Source: an uncultured virus (IMG/VR IMGVR_UViG_3300027798_002855) (Duplodnaviria > Heunggongvirae > Uroviricota > Caudoviricetes). Taken from it: a stretch of DNA of 64,000 bases. A program made the translations under genes and the position numbers. The notes under the pieces are model-generated. The model did not search any database. It saw only the letters and a program-made list of their open reading frames with translations, and was not told the DNA's origin. Of the stretch, positions 1 through 9,415 are shown piece by piece (within the stretch, counting starts at the first letter, position 1; each line of letters begins with the position of its first letter). Where the stretch lies: IMG/VR virus record IMGVR_UViG_3300027798_002855. One strand, given 5' to 3'.

Positions 1-2
1 TG

Positions 3-146
3 GATGGGGCATTAGTATTAAGACTACCTAACATTACCAATATCGTATATGGTCGTGATGTAGGATATAAAATTGAGCAAGTAGATTTGGGGGCAGACAT
101 TCATGCTATATCGGCTACGCAAAAACGTAAGGAGATGGGCATCTAA
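3..146 (+). CDS. C-terminal fragment of a probable adenylylsulfate-kinase/cytidyltransferase-like protein (truncated by window edge)
   Basis: Own translation ...LPNITNIVYGRDVGYKIEQVDLGADIHAISATQKRKEMGI*; resembles the tail of nucleotidyltransferase-like domains (ISAT motif). Confidence 0.5.
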   Translation, partial: DGALVLRLPNITNIVYGRDVGYKIEQVDLGADIHAISATQKRKEMGI

Positions 147-191
147 GGTTTGGGGCTGGATTATCAAGCCAAATAATATGGAGTGGCCATC

Positions 192-395
192 ATGAATGTA
201 TCTAAACAAAGATCTGCATTAAAGGCCATTACATGGCGTATAATTGGAACAGCAGATACTTTTGTAATATCTTGGGCAATAACCAAAGAGCCAGTTACGG
301 CTGGAGCAATCGCAAGTTTTGAGGTACTAACAAAAACAATTCTTTATTACTTCCATGAGCGTGGTTGGAATAAAATTAAATGGGGGAGAAAATAA
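192..395 (+). CDS. DUF2061-like small membrane protein
   Basis: SALKAITWR...T...LYYFHERGW signature. Confidence 0.8.
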   Translation: MNVSKQRSALKAITWRIIGTADTFVISWAITKEPVTAGAIASFEVLTKTILYYFHERGWNKIKWGRK

Positions 396-802
396 TGTTT
401 GAATATTATGTAAAGAAAGTAAGTAAGGTAGTAGACGGAGACACAATTGATGTTGATATTGATCTTGGGTTTGATATATCATTTACTTCAAGAGTTAGGT
501 TAGCTGGAATAGATACTCCAGAAAGTCGTACAACAGATAAGATGGAAAAAGCATTGGGCCTTGAAGCCAAAGCATACTTAAAGAATGCAATTGACTCAGC
601 TAAAACTGTTGTAATTAAAACAGAAAAGATGGACTCATCTGAAAAGTATGGTCGCATTTTAGGCTGGGTTTTCTTGGACGGATCAGATAAATCTATTAAT
701 CAAAAGATGATCGAAGATGGACATGCTTGGGGCTATATGGGAGAAACAAAGATTAAAGACTTTGATGCGTTAGCAAAAGCAAGGAAGAAAAGCGGAAAGT
801 AA
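395..802 (+). CDS. Thermonuclease (SNase-like) family protein, copy 1
   Basis: VVDGDT, RLAGIDTPE, KYGRILG motifs; ATG overlaps upstream TAA. Confidence 0.9.
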   Translation: MFEYYVKKVSKVVDGDTIDVDIDLGFDISFTSRVRLAGIDTPESRTTDKMEKALGLEAKAYLKNAIDSAKTVVIKTEKMDSSEKYGRILGWVFLDGSDKSINQKMIEDGHAWGYMGETKIKDFDALAKARKKSGK

Positions 803-990
803 TGCCAGTATACGAATACAAGTGCTCATATGATGAAGCACATGCATTAATGTCAGTACATAGATCAATTAAAGATGACGATCCAGGTTATACATGTGTT
901 GAATGTGATTCTGACATGGTAAGACATTTCACACCATTTGGTGTACAATTTAAAGGTAATGGTTTTTATAAAACAGATAATCCTAAATAG
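802..990 (+). CDS. FmdB-family zinc-ribbon protein, copy 1
   Basis: MPxYEYKC...CxxC...FKGNGFYKTD. Confidence 0.85.
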   Translation: MPVYEYKCSYDEAHALMSVHRSIKDDDPGYTCVECDSDMVRHFTPFGVQFKGNGFYKTDNPK

Positions 991-1040
991 CTAAGTGGTA
1001 TAATTACTAGGTAGACATATTGTTTACTTAGGGGCCCTAC

Positions 1041-3170
1041 TTGAAAAGGAATAAGTTATTTAGAATAACAGCAGCCACAATGCTTGCATTTGGTTGGCTT
1101 TTTATGTCACCCGCCTATTCTGATGACCCACTAAGCTTGGCAGCCCAAGAAATCCAAGATCTTAACAATAGCATTGACGACCTTGGCTACAAAGATGAAT
1201 TCATATCCCTAATTGAAGAAGCAGAAGATAAGTATGCCATTGCAGTATCTGCAAAAGAAACACAAACTCAGACCTCTGCCACATATGATTCGTCCCTTGT
1301 CTTAAAAGCCACGGCGGGAGAAGAAAAAGCATCAGCCCAATCAGCCGTAGATGGACAGACAGTAGTAGTTGCAACTGCCCTAACTAATAAAAATAATGCC
1401 CAAGATGCTCTTGATATAGCCAACATAAACTTATCAACCCAGTCTGGCTCAATAACTGATATCACAACAGAAGATTTTAATAATAATAGTATAAATAATG
1501 GTAGACAAAATTGGCCAGCAGGTGCTCTTAGTATATTTATAGTTGGATCAATAGACTCAAATGGAAACTCTGTGGGCACTGAGGTTGCAATAACTTCAAC
1601 AAATAATGGTGGATATTTTTATGGAAGCGACCAGGTTCCAAGTAATGATTATACAAACCCACCAGCACTACATCTTAAATTACCAAGTCAAACACTTGCT
1701 TTTCGTGTTGCCAATTGGAGTGAGGGAGCAGTTACTCAGGTTAAATTTTCCGTTTATGCAAAAAATGGAGATGCCACTGCTATGGTCAGGCATACAGATG
1801 GAACAACATATAACTTTACAATTCAAGACAATGTTAATTCAAATTATCCAGGATTTGTTCATCAAGAGGTTTTAGATGCCCTACCTGGTAAACAAATTCA
1901 TGAGATATATTTTTGGGCAAATGATGACTGGTACGTTATTGATAATGTAATTATAAAAACTATTATAGGAAGTGCTCCAAGCCAAGAGTTAACTGATGCA
2001 GTTACCTCAGCACAGGCTGTATACAATGACAAACTAAATGTTTATAACCAAGCAGTATCAACACTTAATGGTTACAATCAAACCTTAACTAATAAAACAT
2101 CTGAGGCCGAGAATGCAAGTTTAAATGTTGTAACGGCACTACAAAATAAAAACAATGCTATTAGCGCATACAATCAAGCAATCAGTAATGTTAATAGTGC
2201 AATTGATGACGCATGGCGTTACTATGACGAGCAACTACAAAGAGAAATTCAATCTGCTATTGCACAAGCAGCAGCCAATGCTGCAGCCAATCAGCCTACC
2301 CCAGAACCAAGCCCAGAGCCAACTGCTGAAGAGCCACCTACTCCTGAGCCAAGTCCAGAACCAACTGCTGAGGAACCACCAACACCAGAACCAAGCCCTG
2401 AACCTACAGCAGAAGAGCCTCCTACACCAGAGCCTTCTCCAGAGCCTACAGTAGACCCTACAGACCAGCCTACACCTGAACCTACCCCAGAGGAACCACC
2501 AACTCCAGAGCCTTCTCCAGAACCAACTCCAGAGCCTGCCCCAGAAAATACTGAAGAGCCTGCCCCAGAGCCTTCTCCAGAACCTGGACCAGATCCAAAG
2601 CCAGAAGAGAATCCCTGGAATGAACCAGATGTAGAAATTACTGATGAGGTATTAGCAGCACTTGTTCCTGAAAAGGGAACGGGAACTTCAGAAGATTTAT
2701 CTGGAGTTATTGCTAACCTTACAAGCAAGGATAATAAGTTAGTTACTCTTTCTGCTGAACAAATAACAGCAGTCAGCCAAACACTCAGAGCCTTGACTCA
2801 AGAAGCAAAGGTTGAGGTAGCAGAAGACCTTGGTATTAAGCCTTCAGAAGTTGCACAAATTGCGGAGCAGATGAAATCTAATCCAGCACTTGCAGAAGCA
2901 TTTGTTGAGTTCTCAGATAGAGAGGCGGAGGCAGGAGAAACTCCAATGCCATTTACATTAGCAGATGCGGTAACAGAAGTACAAACAGAAGCATTCTTAG
3001 CAGATCCGTTGAGTGTATTTACAAACATAGATTTTGATCAAGTGTTTAGCCCATCAGAATGGGGCAAAGATATGACGGATGATCAGAGGGAAAAGGCTCA
3101 AGAAGTTATTATCCCAGTAATTCTGGTATCCAATATTATTAGTTCAGTTATGTCAACAAGGAGGGTATAA
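1041..3170 (+). CDS. Large exported protein: signal peptide, coiled coil, beta-rich insert, Pro/Glu linker, helical C-terminus
   Basis: 709-aa ORF, TTG start, basic+hydrophobic N-terminus ending AYS, Ala/Gln/Asn heptads, PTPEPSPEP repeats. Confidence 0.8.
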   Translation: MKRNKLFRITAATMLAFGWLFMSPAYSDDPLSLAAQEIQDLNNSIDDLGYKDEFISLIEEAEDKYAIAVSAKETQTQTSATYDSSLVLKATAGEEKASAQSAVDGQTVVVATALTNKNNAQDALDIANINLSTQSGSITDITTEDFNNNSINNGRQNWPAGALSIFIVGSIDSNGNSVGTEVAITSTNNGGYFYGSDQVPSNDYTNPPALHLKLPSQTLAFRVANWSEGAVTQVKFSVYAKNGDATAMVRHTDGTTYNFTIQDNVNSNYPGFVHQEVLDALPGKQIHEIYFWANDDWYVIDNVIIKTIIGSAPSQELTDAVTSAQAVYNDKLNVYNQAVSTLNGYNQTLTNKTSEAENASLNVVTALQNKNNAISAYNQAISNVNSAIDDAWRYYDEQLQREIQSAIAQAAANAAANQPTPEPSPEPTAEEPPTPEPSPEPTAEEPPTPEPSPEPTAEEPPTPEPSPEPTVDPTDQPTPEPTPEEPPTPEPSPEPTPEPAPENTEEPAPEPSPEPGPDPKPEENPWNEPDVEITDEVLAALVPEKGTGTSEDLSGVIANLTSKDNKLVTLSAEQITAVSQTLRALTQEAKVEVAEDLGIKPSEVAQIAEQMKSNPALAEAFVEFSDREAEAGETPMPFTLADAVTEVQTEAFLADPLSVFTNIDFDQVFSPSEWGKDMTDDQREKAQEVIIPVILVSNIISSVMSTRRV
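2295..2600 (+). repeat. Coding tandem repeat, about 42-nt unit (PTPEPSPEPTAEEP)
   Basis: Three near-complete 14-aa units plus degenerate copies, with synonymous variation. Confidence 0.9.
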
Positions 3171-3171
3171 T

Positions 3172-3576
3172 ATGATAATGATAGATAAGTTAATTAACCA
3201 AGCAAAGGCCTTTATTGGCAAAATAAAGGTTCCACAGGTAAAAATACCAGCGGTACCTAAAATAAAAATGCCAAACCTTAAGCCTTTACTTAATAGGGTC
3301 AAACCTTTACTTAATAAGGCAAAGCCAGCTTTATTAAAGGCTATAGGCTTACTCAAAAAGGCTCTAGAATTGGCCTACAGGCTTGTTAAAGGCTTTGTTT
3401 CATGGTTTGGTAAGGCCATAAAAGAAAGCATTGCCCAGGTATGGACACTGCTAGGATTCTTTATTGCATGGCTTACTCTTACTGGTACCGCTCAACAAAT
3501 CGTAGGAATTGCTACAATAGCCGCTACTATTTTATGGCTTATCACAATACCTCTTCGTGAGGAAAAAGACGAATAA
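3172..3576 (+). CDS. Membrane protein (basic amphipathic N-terminus, two C-terminal TM helices)
   Basis: ORF track; hydrophobic segments WTLLGFFIAWLTL and IVGIATIAATILWLITI. Confidence 0.7.
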   Translation: MIMIDKLINQAKAFIGKIKVPQVKIPAVPKIKMPNLKPLLNRVKPLLNKAKPALLKAIGLLKKALELAYRLVKGFVSWFGKAIKESIAQVWTLLGFFIAWLTLTGTAQQIVGIATIAATILWLITIPLREEKDE

Positions 3577-3593
3577 CTGCTATAATGGTAGTT

Positions 3594-3779
3594 ATGGTAA
3601 AAATAATCCTAACTGCTTTTCTTGGAGTCTTGCTTGTGGGCTGTGGCTATGATGGTCACTACCGCTATCCCTGCCAAGATCCATTAAATTGGGAAAGGGC
3701 TGAATGTAAGCCACCAATCTGCACCGCTAATGGGGCATGTCCAGAAGACTTGTCAAAAATTGAAGGGGAAAACAAATGA
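3594..3779 (+). CDS. Small Cys-rich lipoprotein
   Basis: Lipobox LVGC, four further Cys; TGCTATAAT just upstream suggests a leaderless start. Confidence 0.7.
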   Translation: MVKIILTAFLGVLLVGCGYDGHYRYPCQDPLNWERAECKPPICTANGACPEDLSKIEGENK

Positions 3780-4186
3780 GTAAAGAAAGATTAACTCCAG
3801 CAGATTTAGATGCTAGGTTAAAGTTTATATTAGGAATAACGCTAGGTTCAATTTTATTTTTAACATCAACAGGCATAATGTATGCCCTTATATTTGTAAC
3901 ACAACCAATCACAGGACAATCAGAAAACGATAAGATGTTTTTTAATGTTCTTGGTAGCGTAGCAACTTTTATTACAGGAACACTTGCTGGATTATTAATT
4001 GGAAACTCTGGTGCCAAAGATATCATGACAGCGCAACTTGCTAACAAGGAAATGGATGCCAGAAATACTCAGGCAGATAAAAAGCTTGAAGCAGAGATCG
4101 ATGCAACAGCAGCTCGCTTGGCAGCAAAGCCAGATGGCGCAATGCCAGAAGAGCAACCAGTTGATGCAGATTGGGACAAAGAGTAA
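3776..4186 (+). CDS. Two-TM membrane protein, possible holin
   Basis: Two hydrophobic helices, charged tail, immediately upstream of the endolysin. Confidence 0.55.
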   Translation: MSKERLTPADLDARLKFILGITLGSILFLTSTGIMYALIFVTQPITGQSENDKMFFNVLGSVATFITGTLAGLLIGNSGAKDIMTAQLANKEMDARNTQADKKLEAEIDATAARLAAKPDGAMPEEQPVDADWDKE

Positions 4187-4773
4187 TGGCAGAACAAGGA
4201 ACAGCAGCACGTCTTATTGAAGTTGCTACAGCAGAAATTGGGACTATTGAAGGTCCAAAAGATAACGAAACTAAATACGGCGCTTTTATGAAAGCAAACT
4301 TCCAACCATGGTGCGGAAGTTTCGTAAATTGGTGCGGATCAGTATCTGGCGTAAAAGTTCCTAATACTGTTTATACCCCAAGTGGTGCAGCAGCATTTAA
4401 AAAATCAGGAGCATGGATTGATGGAGACATCGCAGATCCAGAGCCAGGAGATATAGCCTATTTTGATTTCCCATCAGATGGCGTTGATCGTATTTCTCAC
4501 GTAGGTATTGTTATTAAAGACAATGAAGATGGGACTGTCTGGTGTATAGAAGGAAACACATCTTCTAAGAAATCTGGAAGCCAGCGCAATGGCGGAGAGG
4601 TTTGTAAACAACTTCGTGCTTTTAAGAAGAACAAGGCGGGGGTAATGATTTCAATCGTTGGCTTTGGTCGTCCTAAGTTTGGCGGGAATTTAGAAAAAAA
4701 ATCTACTACAAAATCACCTAACAAAACCAACAAAGGTAAAACCTGTCCAACATGTGGACAAGCTATTAAGTAA
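4186..4773 (+). CDS. CHAP-domain endolysin/amidase
   Basis: PWCGSFV (catalytic Cys), SHVGIV (His), IEGNT; C-terminal CPTCG. Confidence 0.85.
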   Translation: MAEQGTAARLIEVATAEIGTIEGPKDNETKYGAFMKANFQPWCGSFVNWCGSVSGVKVPNTVYTPSGAAAFKKSGAWIDGDIADPEPGDIAYFDFPSDGVDRISHVGIVIKDNEDGTVWCIEGNTSSKKSGSQRNGGEVCKQLRAFKKNKAGVMISIVGFGRPKFGGNLEKKSTTKSPNKTNKGKTCPTCGQAIK

Positions 4774-4825
4774 TTGACACATTTTTAGTTAGATGATATA
4801 CTAAATACCAAGTTAGGGGGCTGTC

Positions 4826-5359
4826 TTGACCTGTATAGTCGCTGTAAAAGATACAATAGATAATAAGATTTGGATGGCTGGAGATCGTGGTATTTCAGAT
4901 GACAACTCTATTGGAATTGGATCAAGCCCAAAGATTTGGAAAAAAGAAGGATATTTATTTGGATATGCTGGATCTATGGATGGAGATAGAATAAGACATT
5001 TATTTGTACCTCCACAATTTGAAGGTCGTGGCAGTGTTGATAAATTTATGTATAGTAGATTTCTTAAATCTCTTAGGAAATTTTATGAAGAGTGGTGGGT
5101 TGATACATCACCAACTGCTGATTTTGGTATGATAATTTGTGTTCGTGGAAAAATGTACGAGCATAGCTCTGGCGATATGTCATTAACACAATATGAACAA
5201 GAATATTTAACCATGGGGTCTGGTGGAGATATTGCACTAGGATCACTTTATGCTACACAAAAAACAAAAGATACAAGAAAAAGGGCTGTTGCATCAGTTC
5301 AGGCTGCTATAAATCACTCTCCATCCTGCAAAGGTCCTATTGACATTCTAAGCATTTAG
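4826..5359 (+). CDS. Ntn-hydrolase (HslV/proteasome beta-like) peptidase
   Basis: M-T-C start giving an N-terminal Thr, D/K motifs, GSG..ALG. Confidence 0.75.
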   Translation: MTCIVAVKDTIDNKIWMAGDRGISDDNSIGIGSSPKIWKKEGYLFGYAGSMDGDRIRHLFVPPQFEGRGSVDKFMYSRFLKSLRKFYEEWWVDTSPTADFGMIICVRGKMYEHSSGDMSLTQYEQEYLTMGSGGDIALGSLYATQKTKDTRKRAVASVQAAINHSPSCKGPIDILSI

Positions 5360-5374
5360 GTATATACTAAATAG

Positions 5375-5584
5375 ATGAATGACATAAATGAAGAAGACCT
5401 GTCTCCAGAAGAGCAGGAATTTAGCATTTGGATAGAAAATGGAATTGAGAGGGGATGGATAACAGAACCTTTCTGTAATACTCATGATGGTGGATATCAG
5501 TACATGAGTGAAGAAGAGTTAGAAGAATGGGAAGCAGGAGGCGACCCATGCCAACACGTAGTTAGATTAATGATAGAGGGGTAG
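5375..5584 (+). CDS. Hypothetical acidic protein
   Basis: ORF with upstream TATACT (leaderless). Confidence 0.65.
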   Translation: MNDINEEDLSPEEQEFSIWIENGIERGWITEPFCNTHDGGYQYMSEEELEEWEAGGDPCQHVVRLMIEG

Positions 5585-5586
5585 TA

Positions 5587-6447
5587 ATGAAAAAAATAGT
5601 GGGGCTATTGGCAGTTATTCTTATCGCTGCATTTTTGCCAGCGGTATCTGCAAATGAAAAACCATCAATTGTTATTATTGATACAGCAATTGACACATCA
5701 AGGGTAAATGTAATTCATGAAGTATGTATTCTTTATGAAATCCGTTGTCCAAACAGAAAAGCATTTATGGAGGGTCCAGGAGCAGCAAGCCTTCCTGCAT
5801 CACAACTATATAAAAATGGTTTTCAGCATGGAACCATTATGTCAACAATTGCATCTGCTGTTAATAAAGACATGAATATTGTTTTTATTCGTGTGGTTTC
5901 AATGACAAACACAGGTCGTCAAGGATATTATGACGATAATCTTGTCAACGAGGCTTTAAAGTGGGTTTCTACAAATAAGACTAAGTTTAATATTGTTGCA
6001 GTTTCTGCATCTGTAGGAAATCACACACGTTTAAAGACTGGTGCAAACTATTGTCCAATTAACCAAGCACTTAGAGAAAGTATTATTTCTCTTCAAGGAA
6101 TTGGTGTAGCCACAGTATTTGCTGCAGGAAATAATTATGATACTGCTCGTGTTGATACACCAGCATGTACTCCTGAAGCAGTCGCTGTAGGATCAGTAGG
6201 AGAGCGTGGCAATGTAGAAAATTATAGTAATGGCGGTCCAGACTTAGACTTCTATGCTCTGGGCACATACAATACAAGTGTTGGTAGGGCAATGGGAACT
6301 TCTGCTGCTACCGCTGCATTTTCTGCATACTGGGCAAAAAATTACAAGGGTAGTTATCAAGCAACATATGACTATCTAAAATCTATTGGAAAATATGCTG
6401 AGGGTAACGGGGTAAAGACAAATCTGTTTGTCAATATCTTAGGATAG
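5587..6447 (+). CDS. Secreted subtilisin-like S8 serine peptidase
   Basis: Signal peptide; IIDT, HGT, AAGN, GTSAAT catalytic motifs. Confidence 0.9.
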   Translation: MKKIVGLLAVILIAAFLPAVSANEKPSIVIIDTAIDTSRVNVIHEVCILYEIRCPNRKAFMEGPGAASLPASQLYKNGFQHGTIMSTIASAVNKDMNIVFIRVVSMTNTGRQGYYDDNLVNEALKWVSTNKTKFNIVAVSASVGNHTRLKTGANYCPINQALRESIISLQGIGVATVFAAGNNYDTARVDTPACTPEAVAVGSVGERGNVENYSNGGPDLDFYALGTYNTSVGRAMGTSAATAAFSAYWAKNYKGSYQATYDYLKSIGKYAEGNGVKTNLFVNILG

Positions 6448-6513
6448 TGCTATAATAGTTAGTGCACCTGCCAAAAGGGGGTGCACTACTTACTCGCTGA
6501 AAAGGAGAAAAAG

Positions 6514-6930
6514 ATGGTAAGTTCGTATGCACTGGATCTTTTCAAGGATCCATTTTTTATTGGCTTCAACAGAGAGTTGGAGCGATTTAATAGTCTAAGC
6601 AAAGTAAACAATGGTGCTTTCCCGCCATATGATTTATTGAAATTAGACGAAGATAACTACCAGTTAACTCTAGCAGTTGCTGGGTTTACCAAAAAGGATC
6701 TAACTGTTTCCATTGAAGACGGAAGTCTTTGGATTACAGGTGAAATTACAACCGTAACAGATGCAGAGGTTGTCCACAAAGGTATCGCTGCACGTAAATT
6801 CACAAGGATTTTTGAGTTAAGTGAATACATGGAAGTTTCTACGGTAGAACTAAAAGATGGAATGCTAAATATTCGCATTGTCAGAAATCTACCAAAAGAG
6901 AAACAGCCAAAAATTTTAACAATCAAATAA
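6514..6930 (+). CDS. Small heat-shock protein (Hsp20/IbpA-like)
   Basis: FPPYD, LAVAGF, HKGIAARKF, LKDGML; AAGGAG RBS. Confidence 0.92.
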   Translation: MVSSYALDLFKDPFFIGFNRELERFNSLSKVNNGAFPPYDLLKLDEDNYQLTLAVAGFTKKDLTVSIEDGSLWITGEITTVTDAEVVHKGIAARKFTRIFELSEYMEVSTVELKDGMLNIRIVRNLPKEKQPKILTIK

Positions 6931-6968
6931 GTATAATGCTATAATTGTTAGATACTAAGGGAGCAGAT

Positions 6969-7145
6969 GTGCCTAAATATGACTATAAATGTGATGTTTG
7001 TAACTCTGTAATTGAGTTTGAGCGAGGTTTTGGTGAAGACAGACAGCCAGTTTGTTGCTCAAAAAGTATGAACAGAATTTGGAACTCTGCTCCCAGTGTA
7101 TTGTTTAATGGTTCTGGATTTTATTCAACTGACAACAGAAAGTAG
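6969..7145 (+). CDS. FmdB-family zinc-ribbon protein, copy 2
   Basis: PKYDYKCDVC...FNGSGFYSTD; GTG start after GGAG. Confidence 0.8.
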   Translation: MPKYDYKCDVCNSVIEFERGFGEDRQPVCCSKSMNRIWNSAPSVLFNGSGFYSTDNRK

Positions 7146-7160
7146 AGATATACTTAGATC

Positions 7161-7421
7161 ATGAGTCTAATAGTAAAAGATCATCCCAGCGTAAAGCAAA
7201 AAGAATGGAGCCTTAAGGCTACCGATAGATGCGATAGTTGTGGGGCACAGGCTTATGTTTCTGTCAAAGGTTCTACTGGAGATTTAATGTTTTGTGGACA
7301 CCATTATGAAAAGATTATGAATAACCCAGATGCATACACAAAGATGATGTCTTTTATGCTTGAGGTTACAGATGAACGTGAAAGACTAATTGAAAATAAA
7401 GCCATAGGGAGTGCAAACTAA
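7161..7421 (+). CDS. Actinobacterial-type small Zn-binding protein
   Basis: DRCDSCGAQAYV...LMFCGHH. Confidence 0.7.
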   Translation: MSLIVKDHPSVKQKEWSLKATDRCDSCGAQAYVSVKGSTGDLMFCGHHYEKIMNNPDAYTKMMSFMLEVTDERERLIENKAIGSAN

Positions 7422-7828
7422 TGTATGAATATTATGTAAAAAAGGTAGAGAACGTAGTAGATGGAGATACTATTGACGTCATTATTGATTTAGGGTTTGA
7501 CATTTTGTTTGCATCTCGTGTAAGACTAGCTGGCATTGACACTCCAGAGTCTCGCACTAAAGATATTAAGGAAAAGGCTCTTGGGCTTGAGTCCAAAGAA
7601 TACTTAAAGAAGCATTTAAAAGATGCAAAGTCTGTTGTTATCAAGACTGAAAAGATGGACTCATCTGAGAAGTATGGTCGCATTTTAGGTTGGGTATATA
7701 TCAATGGGGATACAGAATCTTTAAATGATAAGATGATAAACGATGGCTACGCTTGGGGATATATGGGAGATACTAAAGTAAAAGATTTTGAATTATTAAA
7801 AGCAGCCAGAGCAAAATCTGGAAAATGA
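7421..7828 (+). CDS. Thermonuclease (SNase-like) family protein, copy 2
   Basis: Same motifs as 395-802, and highly similar to it. Confidence 0.9.
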   Translation: MYEYYVKKVENVVDGDTIDVIIDLGFDILFASRVRLAGIDTPESRTKDIKEKALGLESKEYLKKHLKDAKSVVIKTEKMDSSEKYGRILGWVYINGDTESLNDKMINDGYAWGYMGDTKVKDFELLKAARAKSGK

Positions 7829-8076
7829 AAACTGTATACTACTTTACTGCAGAGTGGTGTCAGCCTTGTAAAAAAACAAGACCGATAGTTGAAAAACTAA
7901 ATCACGATCAACAAAATGCTCTTTTTCAAATAATCGATGTAGATGATTCTGGAGATCTTGTTAAACATTTTGGAATAAAATCTGTGCCTACTTTTATTTT
8001 ATTTGAAGACGGTATAGAAAAAAATAGAATCATTGGTGCTCAAACACAAGATCAGTTGGAGAATTTTATAAAATGA
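7825..8076 (+). CDS. Thioredoxin
   Basis: WCQPC active site, IKSVPT cis-Pro motif. Confidence 0.9.
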   Translation: MKTVYYFTAEWCQPCKKTRPIVEKLNHDQQNALFQIIDVDDSGDLVKHFGIKSVPTFILFEDGIEKNRIIGAQTQDQLENFIK

Positions 8077-8408
8077 ATGACGAAACTAACGATATAGAAA
8101 AACTAGTTCTTTCAGGGGGCCTTGAGGTCGCTGGTGTAGATTCAGACACTGGGGAACTCCTGTATACCTTTACGCCTAAAATGAAAAAAATAAATGTTCA
8201 GCTATATAACGATCATTTAAACTTCGTTAATTCTGAAATTATGGGGCTGTGGGAAAAGGGTTTTGTAAATGTAGACCTTATGCTTGAGGAGCCCATAGTA
8301 AAGTTAACAGATAAGGCTTTTCTAGATCAAGAACTCAATAAACTAACAAAGCAGCAGAGATGGTCTTTGGAGGAAATCAAACGGCTTCTTAAGAGCCGAG
8401 AAGTCTGA
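8073..8408 (+). CDS. Hypothetical protein
   Basis: ORF translationally coupled (ATGA). Confidence 0.7.
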   Translation: MNDETNDIEKLVLSGGLEVAGVDSDTGELLYTFTPKMKKINVQLYNDHLNFVNSEIMGLWEKGFVNVDLMLEEPIVKLTDKAFLDQELNKLTKQQRWSLEEIKRLLKSREV

Positions 8409-8420
8409 TATAATCTTATT

Positions 8421-9278
8421 ATGCCATATCGTGTAGGTGCTAAGGGTTCGTACGGTTGTTCTGGATACCCTGCTTTAAAAGAGGGAACCAACGAGGTAAT
8501 GGGCTGTCATGATACTCGTGCACAGGCTGCAGCACAGATCTATGCTATAAATCAATCTGAAGGAAACATCGGCAAAAATATGCACACTCTTAAAGAGGGT
8601 GATTTTGTCATGGGCGCAACAACAGAAGGCCTTGTTCATGGAATGATTGAACACATCATGACCGAAGGCGGAACTCTTGGAACTCCTGGAAGCAGATTTG
8701 CTCTTGAGTCAAAACCACCAGAGAACCCTGCCATGTCTGTTAGAATTTATGAAGAAAAAGATGGTGGTTGGGAACCAACTGCTTACAGTATCGGAATGAT
8801 GTATGTAAATGCAGAAAAAATAGATATTGAAACACATAATATGGATGGAGAAGAAACAATGAAATCTTATCATTCAGACAATGAAGATGAAGATAAATGG
8901 GACAACATGACGAAGGCTTGCTGGGTAGGATATGAGCAGCAAGGTATGAAAGAAAAAGATGGCAGAATGGTTCCTAATTGTGTACCCGTAGGAAAAATAA
9001 ATAAAGATGAAAACGATATTGATAAAGCAAAAAAACCAAACTATGATGAATTTATTCAGCCAAGACGTGGAGGATCAACTCCATCAAATCCACGACTATA
9101 TGCAAGAGTTCAGCGTGAAGCAAAAGATAAATTTGATGTATATCCTTCAGCAGTAGCAAATTCTTGGGTGGTTCAAGAATATAAGCGTCGTGGAGGAACA
9201 TATAAAGGTGAAGGAATTAAAACAACTAAGGATATTTGGGATGGATCTATGTTAGATCCTAACTCATTTAAAAAATAA
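8421..9278 (+). CDS. Multi-module phage protein, possible internal head protein
   Basis: Short modules GCHxTxxxAxxQ, CWxGY..VPNCVP, PSAxA..QEYKRRGG; leaderless. Confidence 0.65.
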   Translation: MPYRVGAKGSYGCSGYPALKEGTNEVMGCHDTRAQAAAQIYAINQSEGNIGKNMHTLKEGDFVMGATTEGLVHGMIEHIMTEGGTLGTPGSRFALESKPPENPAMSVRIYEEKDGGWEPTAYSIGMMYVNAEKIDIETHNMDGEETMKSYHSDNEDEDKWDNMTKACWVGYEQQGMKEKDGRMVPNCVPVGKINKDENDIDKAKKPNYDEFIQPRRGGSTPSNPRLYARVQREAKDKFDVYPSAVANSWVVQEYKRRGGTYKGEGIKTTKDIWDGSMLDPNSFKK

Positions 9279-9415
9279 TGTCATCTGGAAAATTTAAAAG
9301 ACATGATGGTTTTAATACCGTGCAAATTAAAGACGGAATGATTGTTAGACTTCGTAAAGATGGAACTTTAAAAGCAGTTCTTGGAAAATATGGAGAAAAG
9401 AAAAATGGAAAGTAG
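9278..9415 (+). CDS. Small basic protein (45 aa, not in ORF track)
   Basis: MSSGKFKRHDGFNTVQIKDGMIVRLRKDGTLKAVLGKYGEKKNGK, coupled to the upstream stop. Confidence 0.6.
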   Translation: MSSGKFKRHDGFNTVQIKDGMIVRLRKDGTLKAVLGKYGEKKNGK

